From Acidimicrobiia bacterium (GTDB taxonomy: Bacteria; Actinomycetota; Acidimicrobiia; Spongiisociales; SHLN01): DNA of 64,000 nt. The notes under the pieces are model-generated. The model was given only the letters and a program-made list of their open reading frames with translations. It did no database searches and had not been told where the DNA came from. Location of the stretch: NCBI GenBank assembly GCA_041567895.1, contig JBFGAX010000001.1, positions 1,578-65,577 on the forward strand. Reading direction: 5' to 3'. Shown piece by piece: positions 9,473 through 19,310 of this stretch. The translations under genes and the position numbers were made by a program. Each line of letters starts with the position of its first letter. Position 1 is the first letter of the stretch.

Positions 9473-10646
9473 GTCTGATGTAGCGGCGTTTGCCGACCTG
9501 CACCACACGGCCGACGAGCTCGGCCCGGTCAAAGTCCTCGATCGTCACCGCATCACCGCCGTCGATCCGGACTGCTCCTTGCTTGATCATCCGACGTCCT
9601 TCACCATTCGAGGTCACGAGGCCGGCGTCGCAGAGGACGCCTGGGAGCCAAACCTGATCAGTCTCCGCCATGACGAAGTTGTCAATTTCGTCCGGGAGGG
9701 CGTGGTCGACAAACACACGATCGAAGGCCGCCTCCGCCTCCGCGGCAGCCGCATCATCGTGATAGAGAGCAACGATGGTCCGGGCGAGTTGTCGTTTTGC
9801 GCGCCCGGGATGCAGCGAACCATCCTCGACACTGCCAAGCACGCTGTCGATGTCAGCGGGTTCCAGCTCGGTAGCGAGACGGAAATACTGCTCCATGGCC
9901 GTGTCCGGAACGCTCATGACCTTCCCGAACATATCGCTCGCGTTGTCGTCGACACCTATGTAGTTGCCGAGCGACTGCGACATCTTCTGAACGCCATCGG
10001 TTCCAACCAGGAGCGGAACGGTCATCGCAACCTGGGGAGGCTGTCCGTATCTTGCCTGAACCGCCCTTCCCATGAGGAGGTTCCATAGCTGATCCGACCC
10101 TCCGAGTTCTATATCTGCTTCAACGGCCACCGAGTCGTAGCCCTGCAGCAGCGGGTACATGAACTCGAGCATGGAAATAGGCTCGCTCGCTGCGGTCCTC
10201 TTCGAGAAATCATCACGCTCCATCATCTGGGCGACGGTTGTCGACGATGTCAGCTCTAGGACGTCTGCCATGTTCAACGGTTCCAACCACTCCGAGTTGT
10301 ACCGAATCTCCAGGGGTTCGGGAAGCAGTACCCGTCGAAAACCATCGAGGACGTTGGCCGCATAGCCCCGAACCTCCTCGGCACTCAGCCTCTTTCTCGT
10401 CGCGCTCTTTCCACTGGGATCGCCTACCCGTGCGGTGAAGTCGCCGACGATCAGCACAGCGATGTGGCCTTCTTCTTGGAACTGCCGCAGCTTTCGCAAC
10501 ACCACTGCCCAGCCGAGGGTGACCTGAGGAGCGGTCGGATCCATTCCGAGCTTGACGCGCAAAGGTCGATCGAGCGCCAGCTTCTCGTCGAACTCCGATT
10601 CCGGCGCAATCGTATCCACGCCGCGCAGCAATTTGTTTCTATTCAT
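9465..10646 (-). CDS. tyrS: Tyrosyl-tRNA synthetase
   Basis: KMSKS-type motif KMSQSLGN and a C-terminal S4 domain (RRMIKQGAVRIDG). Start chosen at ATG 10646 (MNRNKLLRGVD), although the track ORF begins at TTG 10688. The HIGH motif is degenerate (see finding). The 3' end overlaps the convergent dehydrogenase by 8 nt. Confidence 0.85.
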   Translation of the reverse strand: MNRNKLLRGVDTIAPESEFDEKLALDRPLRVKLGMDPTAPQVTLGWAVVLRKLRQFQEEGHIAVLIVGDFTARVGDPSGKSATRKRLSAEEVRGYAANVLDGFRRVLLPEPLEIRYNSEWLEPLNMADVLELTSSTTVAQMMERDDFSKRTAASEPISMLEFMYPLLQGYDSVAVEADIELGGSDQLWNLLMGRAVQARYGQPPQVAMTVPLLVGTDGVQKMSQSLGNYIGVDDNASDMFGKVMSVPDTAMEQYFRLATELEPADIDSVLGSVEDGSLHPGRAKRQLARTIVALYHDDAAAAEAEAAFDRVFVDHALPDEIDNFVMAETDQVWLPGVLCDAGLVTSNGEGRRMIKQGAVRIDGGDAVTIEDFDRAELVGRVVQVGKRRYIRLT

Positions 10647-10723
10647 TCGACGGGAGCTTATGGCGGGCCCCAAATGGAGAGGAGTCAATGATTGCAGGAT
10701 CCCGGCGCGATCAACGAACTACT

Positions 10724-12025
10724 TCAAGCAGCCTGTTCTTCTCGAAGAGCCGCAGGGAGATCCAGAAGAAAACTGCTGATTCCATCAGAGCCGTCGTAGA
10801 GGAGAGTCCCGCCCATCTTTTCGGTCAGCATTCGCGAGATGGGCAAGCCGAGGCCCATCGAACCGGAGATGCGCTGGCCGCCCGATACCTGCTCAAACTC
10901 CTGAAAGATGCTCTCCCTCTCGGCGGCGTCCACGCCGGGCCCGTCGTCGACAACCCACAACCGGCAGCGCTCACCGACCCGGCGGATCTTCACCTGCACA
11001 TTTGGCCCCCCGTATCGGAAAGCGTTCGTCAGGAGATTACGAATGATCTGACGAATTCGTGCCGGGTCGCCAACTGCTTTGCACGACGTGGTGTCAGAAT
11101 CAATCGAGACCCGTGCATCGGAGTCCAGTCCTTCCAGAACCTGGGCCGTCTGCGCGATGAGATCCACATCTACGTTGTTGACCTGAAGCGTGCCCGACTC
11201 TGCTTTGGCGGCTACCAGTAGATCTTCGATGAGACCGGACACATCGGTGGCCTGATGACCCACGGTCCTGAGCAGCGATCGGCGTTCGTCGAGCGACAGG
11301 TCGCTGTCGGGGTCCACGAGCGTCTCGATGAATCCCACGATGGATGTCAGCGGGGTACGAATCTCGTGCGAAACGGTTGCCATGAACGTTTCCTTCTGCT
11401 TCATCGTGAGCTCGAGTTGCTCGTGACGCCGTTCCAGTTCGTCAACGGTCCATCTCAATTCGAGGAGAGCCATCACCTGCGTCGACAACGCGCGCAGCGC
11501 TGCTTGCTGTTCGTCGGTGAGCTGGCGCGGTTCGCGATCGATCACGCACAAAGTCCCCAATGCACTGCCGCTCGTGGTGACGAGAGGCACGGCCGCGTAA
11601 AAACGGATGGATGGAGCTGAAATAACGAGCGGATTGTCTGCGAAGCGGTAATCGGAGGCCGCGTCCCGGACGATCGTCATCTCGTTCGGCTCCAGAATCG
11701 CATAGCCGCAGAACGCGTGCTCGCGGGGCAGCTCCGAAACCGGGACGCCCACCCTGGATTTGAACCATTGACGATCGCGGTCGATCAGGTTGATGAGGGC
11801 TATGGGAACGTCGCAAATCTGCGATGCCAGCAGAGTGATCGCGTCGTAGGCCTCTTCGGGCAGCGAATCCAGAATGTCGAGCGATTCGAGCTCCGCAAGA
11901 CGCGCTTCCTCATTTTCGGGAAACGGGGCACCGGCCTTTGTTTTCTCGCTCACGTTGATTTGATCGGCATCAAATGCGCCCCACTTAATGGTGTGATTAC
12001 CTCGTCGCAGAAATCCAAATGCCAC
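10724..12025 (-). CDS. Cytoplasmic sensor histidine kinase with N-terminal GAF domain
   Basis: GAF signature (PIALINLIDRDRQWFKSRVG), HisKA H-box (ATVSHEIRTPLTSI) and HATPase_c G-boxes (DDGPGV, GLGLPISR). No TM segment. No response regulator is adjacent. Confidence 0.8.
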   Translation of the reverse strand: MAFGFLRRGNHTIKWGAFDADQINVSEKTKAGAPFPENEEARLAELESLDILDSLPEEAYDAITLLASQICDVPIALINLIDRDRQWFKSRVGVPVSELPREHAFCGYAILEPNEMTIVRDAASDYRFADNPLVISAPSIRFYAAVPLVTTSGSALGTLCVIDREPRQLTDEQQAALRALSTQVMALLELRWTVDELERRHEQLELTMKQKETFMATVSHEIRTPLTSIVGFIETLVDPDSDLSLDERRSLLRTVGHQATDVSGLIEDLLVAAKAESGTLQVNNVDVDLIAQTAQVLEGLDSDARVSIDSDTTSCKAVGDPARIRQIIRNLLTNAFRYGGPNVQVKIRRVGERCRLWVVDDGPGVDAAERESIFQEFEQVSGGQRISGSMGLGLPISRMLTEKMGGTLLYDGSDGISSFLLDLPAALREEQAA

Positions 12026-12067
12026 GAATGGAGGGGCTTAGGGGGTACCTTGCGCGCAGGAGTAAGT

Positions 12068-14461
12068 ATGAAAAGAGCCTTGCTGGCCCTCGCGCTGGTC
12101 GTTTCAGCCTGCACAATTCAGCAAACCGACGACCCCGGTATCGGAGAACACGCGCTCACGACTCTCGTATTCGCGGCTGACGGCAGCGTTTTGGCCGAGT
12201 GGCACGCCGGCGAAGATCGCATCATGACCACGATCGATCAAATTCCCCAGCACATGATCGACGCGGTCGTATCTATCGAAGACGAACGATTCTGGACACA
12301 CGCGGGTGTGGACGTGCAGGCCATAATGCGGGCCGCGCGTGTCAACACGGAGGTCGGTTCCATTGTCCAGGGGGGATCGACGATCACCCAGCAGTACATC
12401 AAGAACACCCTTCTGACGAACGAGGTGACGCTCGAGCGAAAGATGGAAGAGGCGAGCCTCGCTCTCAAGCTGGAGTCGACGCTCACCAAGGAAGAAATCC
12501 TCGAGAGGTACCTCAATACCGTGTATTTCGGTTCCGGGGCCTACGGCATATCGACCGCTGCGGCGAGCTACTTTGGAAAACCGGTCTCGCAATTGACGGT
12601 TTCGGAGTCTTCGTTGCTGGCCGGCTTGATTCAGGCGCCTTCGTCGATCGACCCCAGGAACAATCCCGAAGGCGCCCTCGCTCGCCGAGAGCTGGTACTG
12701 CAAAAGATGGTTGAGCTGGACTATGTGGATTACGCAACGGCGGCCACGGCCAACGTGCAGCCTCTCGTTCTCGCCCCCCGACCCACGGACAGCCTCAGGA
12801 CCCGCTACCCCTATTTCGTCGAAGAACTCAAGAGGCGCCTGCTCGACGATGAGCGACTCGGCGCTACGCCTACCGACCGCTACAACACGCTATTCAAGGG
12901 CGGTCTTCGCATCTACACGACCATCGACCCGGCGTCTCAGGCCATGGCCGAGCAGGCCATAGCCAATGTCGTGCCAGAGGACGGTCCTGATGTGGCTCTC
13001 GTAGCCATTGAGCCGGGAACCGGAATGGTGCGCGCCATGGTGGGCGGGAGGGACTTCTATGACGAGGACGACCCGATAGCGATGTTCAATCTTGCTACCC
13101 AGGGACAGCGACAGCCGGGGTCGGCTTTCAAACCGTTTGTCCTCGCTGCGGCGCTTGAAAGTGGCGTCGAACTCGATGACATCATCGGCGGCGGACGGGA
13201 GGTTGTGATCGAGACCGATGCCAGGCCGTGGGAGGTCGAAAATTACGCAGGTCTTCGCTTTCCTGATCTACCTGTCCTGGAGGCGACAGTGTTCTCGGTC
13301 AACGTGGCGTACGCCAGGCTGGTCGACATTGTCGGTCCGGAGAAGGTCACCGAGATTGCAGGGCGTCTCGGCATCACGGGCACGTTGCTTCCCTATCACG
13401 CCCTGGCGCTGGGCGCTCAGGAGGTGTCGCCAATCGACATGGCGTCTGCATACTCAACATTTGCGGCCGGCGGTCTCCATTCGGAACCAACGTTTTTCAC
13501 TCGCATCGAGACGACGGACGGTGACGTTGTGATCGACAATGCCCCACCGGCAAAACGCGTCATCGACACCTGGATCAGCGATCAGGTGACAACGGCCCTC
13601 ACCCAGGTCGTCGAACGAGGTACCGGGGTCAGGGCCAATATCGGTCGGCCGGTCGCGGGCAAGACCGGAACGTCTCAGGATCACAAGGACGCGTGGTTCG
13701 TTGGCTACACGCCGCAGCTCTCCGCGGCGGTATGGGTCGGCTTCGCGGAATCACCTGCTCCCATGGAAGAACCCAACACACCTTTCAGCATCACCGGGGG
13801 AACGTGGCCGGCCGAGATCTGGGCCAACTTCGCCGCAGGAGTCCTGAACGGAGTTTCATACGGCAGCTTGGCTGGAGCCCAAGATCTCGACTTGATTCCG
13901 GTCGCGATCGACACCGTGACCGGCCTGCTCGCCGGACCGGCGTGTCCTCGCGAATTCGTCGTGACGGTGTATCTGCCCGCTGATGCCATCCCGACCGAAA
14001 CATGTACGCTCCAGACCCTTCAATCGTCCGGCTCGAACCTCCGACCTGGATTCGTACCTGCGGTTGTCGGCAAGCCGATCACCGACGGAGTAGCCGATCT
14101 CAATGCGTTGGGTTACGACGTCAAGGTCACCTGGGTTGACGGTGAAATCAGCGGCACCATCTCCGAACAGGATCCACCGGCTGAAACCGAGCTTCTCTAC
14201 GGTTCTACCGTTGGGATTTCGGTTGTCGGCCCGGAACCAGGTGCCGAAATGCCGGACGTTTTGGCCTTTACCAGCGAAGCGGCGGTCGCGGAACTCACCG
14301 TGCGCGGTATTCCCGTTCGGATCATCGAAGAGACGGAAGACAACCCGTCAGACGCCAAACGGCGCGCGGGCCGGGTCTGGAGTCAAACTCCGGCAGCAGG
14401 ATCGGTGCCGCAGGAAACGGCGGTGATCTGGGTAAATCCGACCACCGATGGTGGCGACTAG
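12068..14461 (+). CDS. Class A penicillin-binding protein (GT51 transglycosylase + transpeptidase) with two C-terminal PASTA domains; predicted lipoprotein
   Basis: True start ATG 12068 (SD GGAG 6 nt upstream) gives MKRALLALALVVSAC with lipobox VSAC. GT51 motifs IEDERFWTHAGVD and GGSTITQQ are present. Transpeptidase motifs SAFK, SVN and KTGT are present, followed by two PASTA-like repeats at the C-terminus. Confidence 0.85.
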   Translation: MKRALLALALVVSACTIQQTDDPGIGEHALTTLVFAADGSVLAEWHAGEDRIMTTIDQIPQHMIDAVVSIEDERFWTHAGVDVQAIMRAARVNTEVGSIVQGGSTITQQYIKNTLLTNEVTLERKMEEASLALKLESTLTKEEILERYLNTVYFGSGAYGISTAAASYFGKPVSQLTVSESSLLAGLIQAPSSIDPRNNPEGALARRELVLQKMVELDYVDYATAATANVQPLVLAPRPTDSLRTRYPYFVEELKRRLLDDERLGATPTDRYNTLFKGGLRIYTTIDPASQAMAEQAIANVVPEDGPDVALVAIEPGTGMVRAMVGGRDFYDEDDPIAMFNLATQGQRQPGSAFKPFVLAAALESGVELDDIIGGGREVVIETDARPWEVENYAGLRFPDLPVLEATVFSVNVAYARLVDIVGPEKVTEIAGRLGITGTLLPYHALALGAQEVSPIDMASAYSTFAAGGLHSEPTFFTRIETTDGDVVIDNAPPAKRVIDTWISDQVTTALTQVVERGTGVRANIGRPVAGKTGTSQDHKDAWFVGYTPQLSAAVWVGFAESPAPMEEPNTPFSITGGTWPAEIWANFAAGVLNGVSYGSLAGAQDLDLIPVAIDTVTGLLAGPACPREFVVTVYLPADAIPTETCTLQTLQSSGSNLRPGFVPAVVGKPITDGVADLNALGYDVKVTWVDGEISGTISEQDPPAETELLYGSTVGISVVGPEPGAEMPDVLAFTSEAAVAELTVRGIPVRIIEETEDNPSDAKRRAGRVWSQTPAAGSVPQETAVIWVNPTTDGGD

Positions 14462-15012
14462 TTGCCCGAAGTCGCAATCTCGGCGGCCGCCACGAATCTC
14501 CACGGGTAGTCGACGGCCTTACTTATACCGATGCGGGGGGTCGTCAGGATCGGTCGATCCAGCGGACCTCCCGCAATGAGCCGTATCGGACCGGAATCGA
14601 GACCGGCGCCGTCGTGATCACCGGTGATTCCGAGTGCCTGTGATAGCTTTCCCGGCCCGTCTACCAAATTGTCGGATCGACCGCGCCGTTGCTTGATGAT
14701 GTCGACGCCCTCGGCGATCTCTCCTCCACGGATCAGGACGGCCGAAGGTTGCCCCGGTGGGTTCAGGACGATGTTCGAACACCAGTGCATCCCATAGGAC
14801 CGATAGACGTAGAGATGACCGGGAGGACCGAACATGGGACTGTTGCGGGCCGTCCGGCCGCCGAATGCATGGCTGGCCGGATCGTCCCCTCCCGAATATG
14901 CCTCCACTTCGGTGATGACGACTTCCGTGACGCCTTCCGCAAACTCCGTGCGAAGACGAAACCCCAACAACTGCGGAGCAATCTCGTGCGGTAGCCCTAC
15001 CAGCTCGATCAT
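14458..15012 (-). CDS. mpg: DNA-3-methyladenine (methylpurine) glycosylase, AAG/Mpg family
   Basis: HAFGGRTARNSPMFGPPGHLYVY core. Start ATG at 15012 overlaps the argF stop (ATGA). Its stop overlaps the PBP stop on the opposite strand (CTAG). Confidence 0.8.
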   Translation of the reverse strand: MIELVGLPHEIAPQLLGFRLRTEFAEGVTEVVITEVEAYSGGDDPASHAFGGRTARNSPMFGPPGHLYVYRSYGMHWCSNIVLNPPGQPSAVLIRGGEIAEGVDIIKQRRGRSDNLVDGPGKLSQALGITGDHDGAGLDSGPIRLIAGGPLDRPILTTPRIGISKAVDYPWRFVAAAEIATSGN

Positions 15013-15908
15013 CGAGATTCCATGTCGCCGAGACATTCGAGAAGAATCGATTTGAATGCGTGCAGGCGATTCTCGGCTTGATCGAACACGCGAGAAGCTG
15101 AACTCTCAATGACTTCTCGTGCCACTTCCTCGTCGTCATGGGCCGGCAAACAGTGGAGGAAAATCGCTTGGGTATCCGCCAGAGACATGAGCTCGGGCGT
15201 AACCCGGTAATCGGCGAAATCCGACCTGCGATCCCCGGCGTGCTCTTCGTCTCCCATCGAGGTCCAAACGTCTGTGTAAACCACATGGGCGCCGCTGACG
15301 GCCTCCGCTGGATTACGAACGAGTTCGACCACGTCGCCGCCCGCATCGACAAACGACGGAGCAGGGTCATAGCCTTTCGGACTGGAGATGCGAATGTTCA
15401 TGCCGGTACGATGCGCCGCGTGGATCAGCGAATGAGCCACGTTGTTTCCGTCGCCCACATAGGCGAGAACCGTGCCCTCGAGCGGGCGGTGCTCGGCGAT
15501 CGTCACGACGTCGGCAACGGCCTGACACGGGTGTTCTGCATCTGAGAGGAGATTGATCACGGGCATGGCGGTGGTCTCGGCGAATTCTGTGAGGGTTGCA
15601 TGCTCGAATACCCGCATTGCGACGGCCGCCAAATACCGTTCCATGACGCGAGAGACGTCACCAGGCGCCTCGCGTGTTCCCACGCCGATCTGTTCCTGAG
15701 AAACGACCAGTGCATGACCGGCCATCTCGGCAACGCCGACGAAACTACTGAGGCGCGTGCGAAGCGAGGGCTTAGCGAAGAACAGACCGATACTGCGGCC
15801 GGCCAGCGCTGTGCTGTAGTCGTCTGGATGGGCCTTCATATCGAGCGCACGGTGCACCACCCGGTCCCATATTTCCGAGCTGAAATCGGCTGCGCTCAGA
15901 AAATGCAC
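15009..15908 (-). CDS. argF: Ornithine carbamoyltransferase
   Basis: STRTR, HPCQ and HCLP motifs; 299 aa. No other arg genes are nearby. Confidence 0.9.
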   Translation of the reverse strand: MHFLSAADFSSEIWDRVVHRALDMKAHPDDYSTALAGRSIGLFFAKPSLRTRLSSFVGVAEMAGHALVVSQEQIGVGTREAPGDVSRVMERYLAAVAMRVFEHATLTEFAETTAMPVINLLSDAEHPCQAVADVVTIAEHRPLEGTVLAYVGDGNNVAHSLIHAAHRTGMNIRISSPKGYDPAPSFVDAGGDVVELVRNPAEAVSGAHVVYTDVWTSMGDEEHAGDRRSDFADYRVTPELMSLADTQAIFLHCLPAHDDEEVAREVIESSASRVFDQAENRLHAFKSILLECLGDMESR

Positions 15909-15909
15909 G

Positions 15910-18306
15910 TCAGGTACCTCTCAGTCGCGCACCGCAGGACGACTCGACTTCATTTATGAGACGTTGACGCAGCGGTGCGGTGTCTTCATCAGAAAGGGTG
16001 GTCTCCTTTCCTCGCAGCACCACCCTTGCTGCCACGCTCTTACGACCGGATTCTGCAAGAGAACCCGCGCTGAACTCATCAAAAATCACCGCAGATTCCA
16101 ACTCTTCGACCCCTGCCTGCACGAGGGCTCTGGTAACACATCCTCCCGGTGTGTCCAGATCGAGTTCAAAGGCCAGATCGAAAATGACCGGTGGTTGTGT
16201 GCTCGGATCGACAAACTGATGGTCGCCACGGGTCGCTATGAAGGGCGCCAGGTCAATCTCGCCGACAGCGACCCTCCCTTCGATGCCGATACGTCTGGCG
16301 ATTCGGGGATGCAACTCTCCGACCTGGCCCACGGATCGGCCACCGATCACCACGTCCGCTCCTCTGCCAGGATGCAATCCTGCGCCCTCGACATTCTCGA
16401 GCTGTGCCGCGTCTTCACCGCCCAAATTGTGCGATATCAACGTACGAATGACCCCGGCCGCAAAATGTCCATCGACGGGAGCATCCGGTGAGGCGAGGCC
16501 AGAGCTCCTCGGATTGCCGACGGCGGCAAAGGCGATCCGTCGTGGCTGGTCGGGCAAGTCGGCGAATTCTGGAGAAATGTCCTGTCGGAACACGCGTCCA
16601 AGCTCATAGAAAGCAACGTTTGCCTGGCCGTAACCCTGGTTGAATGCAATGGCCCGGAGGAGGCCTGGCAGGAGGGAAGTCCTCAGGTAGCCCTCCTCTT
16701 CCCTCAATGGATTGACGATCCGAACCGCAGATCCGATCGGATCGCCGAACATGGTGATCTCTGCGGGACCGACGAACGTTGAAACCTGAGCTTCGTTGAA
16801 CCCGACGCCTTGCATCGTGGCTCGGACCCTGCGCTCTGCGTCCTGCGCCGGTGTCAGCCCACCCCCTGGTCCGACCGGAACGGTCTCCGGGAATTTCTCA
16901 TAACCGTGAAGTCTTGCGACCTCCTCGACCAGATCTGCCGCCCTGGTGAGGTCCGGCCGAAAGGTGGGGATCGTCACGACCAGAGGATCACCCGCTTCGG
17001 TTTCCAGGCCGAAGCGTTGGAGATAATCGATGATCACCTTCTCGTCGAACGGCACACCGAGGAGACGTTCCGGTTCGTTCTTTGGGAGTTCGACGGTCCA
17101 CGGGCGGACCTCGGCGGGATACACGTCGATCGCTTCGCCGACCGGCGATGCTCCCGCCCAGTCCATGAGAAGACGCGCCGCCCGGGCAACGGCCGATGGC
17201 GGCAGATTGGGGTCCACACCACGCTCGAAGCGCGCCGATGCCTCGCTCCGTAAGCCAAGCCGCTTGCTCGTATGGAGAACGGTTGGCGCATGCCATGCCG
17301 CACCTTCGATGATGAGGCGGGTTGTGCCGTCGTTGACTTCTGAGTGAGCGCCCCCCATGACGGCACCCAGCGCGCTCGGGCCGTCGTCGTCCGTCACGAG
17401 AAGATCACCTTCGGTGAGCGTGCGCTCGACACCGTCGAGTGTCGTCAGCCGCTCGCCCTCCGTGGCTCGTCTGATGGTTATTGCTTGGCCCGCAATTCGA
17501 TCCGCATCAAACGCATGGAGCGGTTGCCCGAGTTCGAGCATCACGTAATTGGTGACATCTACCGCGTTTGAGATGGGGCGCACTCCGGACAGGCGGAGCC
17601 GGTGACGTACCGAAAACGGGGACGGAGCCACCGTTACATCCGCCATCTCCTGGGCTACGAAGCGGGGACACCCGTCGGGGGTTTCGATGGTCACCCGAAC
17701 ATCGCTGCTACCAATGACTGTTCCCAGATCGTGGACCGGGTGCCGTACCGGGATTTTGTAGTACGCAGACAGCTCCCGAGCGATTCCGTGGATGCTCATC
17801 GCATCCGGACGATTCGAGGTCACATCTATGTCGTATACCACGTCCGGCAAACCGACTACCTCGGCGAAATCGTCGCCGACGTTGAAGGACTCGTCGAGGA
17901 CCAGAATGCCCTTGTGATCGTCGCCAAGACGAAGCTCCTTTTCGGAACAAATCATCCCGTTCGAGACAACTCCTCTGATCTCTCGAGCTCCGATCTCGAA
18001 TCCCCCGGGCAATACGGCACCCTCGACAGCAAGGGCAATCAGGTCGCCCTCGCCAAAATTCCAAGCTCCGCAGACGACCTCCTGCGCACCCGATGCGCGT
18101 TCGACCGTAGCGAGGCGAATGTTGTCTGCGTCAGGATGCGAGCGGATCGATTCCACCCTTCCGACTTCGACTCCCGTGAATTCGGCCTCGTAGCGATCGA
18201 TCGACTCGACTTCCAGACCGAGCATCAGCAGCACATGAGCGATCCGGTCCGGATCGGTTTCCGGAATGTCGACAAACTCGCGGAGCCAGCGGAGCGACGC
18301 TCTCAC
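15910..18306 (-). CDS. pheT: Phenylalanyl-tRNA synthetase beta subunit
   Basis: 798 aa with N-terminal tRNA-binding domain, B3/B4 and B5 domains and a C-terminal FDX-ACB-like region. Confidence 0.95.
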   Translation of the reverse strand: MRASLRWLREFVDIPETDPDRIAHVLLMLGLEVESIDRYEAEFTGVEVGRVESIRSHPDADNIRLATVERASGAQEVVCGAWNFGEGDLIALAVEGAVLPGGFEIGAREIRGVVSNGMICSEKELRLGDDHKGILVLDESFNVGDDFAEVVGLPDVVYDIDVTSNRPDAMSIHGIARELSAYYKIPVRHPVHDLGTVIGSSDVRVTIETPDGCPRFVAQEMADVTVAPSPFSVRHRLRLSGVRPISNAVDVTNYVMLELGQPLHAFDADRIAGQAITIRRATEGERLTTLDGVERTLTEGDLLVTDDDGPSALGAVMGGAHSEVNDGTTRLIIEGAAWHAPTVLHTSKRLGLRSEASARFERGVDPNLPPSAVARAARLLMDWAGASPVGEAIDVYPAEVRPWTVELPKNEPERLLGVPFDEKVIIDYLQRFGLETEAGDPLVVTIPTFRPDLTRAADLVEEVARLHGYEKFPETVPVGPGGGLTPAQDAERRVRATMQGVGFNEAQVSTFVGPAEITMFGDPIGSAVRIVNPLREEEGYLRTSLLPGLLRAIAFNQGYGQANVAFYELGRVFRQDISPEFADLPDQPRRIAFAAVGNPRSSGLASPDAPVDGHFAAGVIRTLISHNLGGEDAAQLENVEGAGLHPGRGADVVIGGRSVGQVGELHPRIARRIGIEGRVAVGEIDLAPFIATRGDHQFVDPSTQPPVIFDLAFELDLDTPGGCVTRALVQAGVEELESAVIFDEFSAGSLAESGRKSVAARVVLRGKETTLSDEDTAPLRQRLINEVESSCGARLRGT

Positions 18307-19298
18307 GGGAACTGCCTCAGAACGCGCACGTCGTTTTCGTAGAAGCGCCGGATGTCGCGGATGCCGTACTTCGTCATCGCAAGTCGTTCGACGCCCATTC
18401 CGAAAGCGAAGCCAGTGTATTTCTGTGGGTCATAGCCAACATTCATCAGGACATCCGGGTCGACCACTCCGCAACCCAGCATCTCCAACCAGGTGCCATC
18501 GAGTTTCACATGCAGCTCCGCAGACGGCTCTGTGAAAGGAAAGAAGTGAGGGTTGAACTGAACCTCGGTTCCGGGACCGAAAAACTCCTGCACGAAGTGA
18601 ATGAGCGTGCCCTTCAGATCCGAGAACGTGATGTGCTCGTCGACCACGAGTCCTTCGATCTGGTGGAACGAAGGACTGTGGGTGGCGTCCCAGGTGTCGG
18701 TGCGAAAGGTCCGGCCAGGAGCAATGATGTACACGGGCGGATCATGCGCCTCCATGTATCGGGCCTGAACCGGCGAAGTATGCACCCTCATCAAGACGTC
18801 GTCGCGCCCCTGATAATCAACATAGAGAGTGTCGCTCTCGAGCCTGCTTGGATGCCACTCCGGCGTGTTGAGCGCGTCGAAGTTGTACCAGACATTCTCG
18901 ACCTCGGGCCCATCTGCCACTACGTATCCAAGAGCCAGGAATATGTCTGTGACCTCTTCGATGACCCGCGTTATCAGGTGCCGGGTTCCGACCGTGGGAA
19001 CCCACGCGCCAATGGTGAGATCCAACCGGTCCGATGCCAGGAGATCGCGCTCTGCCGTCATTTCGAGGACTTCTCGCCGTTCAGCAACCAATGACTTGAG
19101 TCGGTTTGCGACCTCTTGAACTTTCGCGCCTACGACCGGGCGTTGTTCGGGATCGAGTTGCCCCATTCCCTTCCTGAGTTCACCCACAACGGACGCTTTT
19201 CCGAGTAATTGGGCTTCGATCGATTCGAGCTCCGCGAGGTCGGCGGCGTTACCGATGAGGGCGGGAGCGGCCTCCAAAATGGGGTCAAGTCGTTCCAT
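18303..19298 (-). CDS. pheS: Phenylalanyl-tRNA synthetase alpha subunit
   Basis: 331 aa class II catalytic core (motifs 1-3). The 4-nt overlap with pheT is typical. Confidence 0.95.
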   Translation of the reverse strand: MERLDPILEAAPALIGNAADLAELESIEAQLLGKASVVGELRKGMGQLDPEQRPVVGAKVQEVANRLKSLVAERREVLEMTAERDLLASDRLDLTIGAWVPTVGTRHLITRVIEEVTDIFLALGYVVADGPEVENVWYNFDALNTPEWHPSRLESDTLYVDYQGRDDVLMRVHTSPVQARYMEAHDPPVYIIAPGRTFRTDTWDATHSPSFHQIEGLVVDEHITFSDLKGTLIHFVQEFFGPGTEVQFNPHFFPFTEPSAELHVKLDGTWLEMLGCGVVDPDVLMNVGYDPQKYTGFAFGMGVERLAMTKYGIRDIRRFYENDVRVLRQFP

Positions 19299-19310
19299 GG
19301 GCGCAAAACC

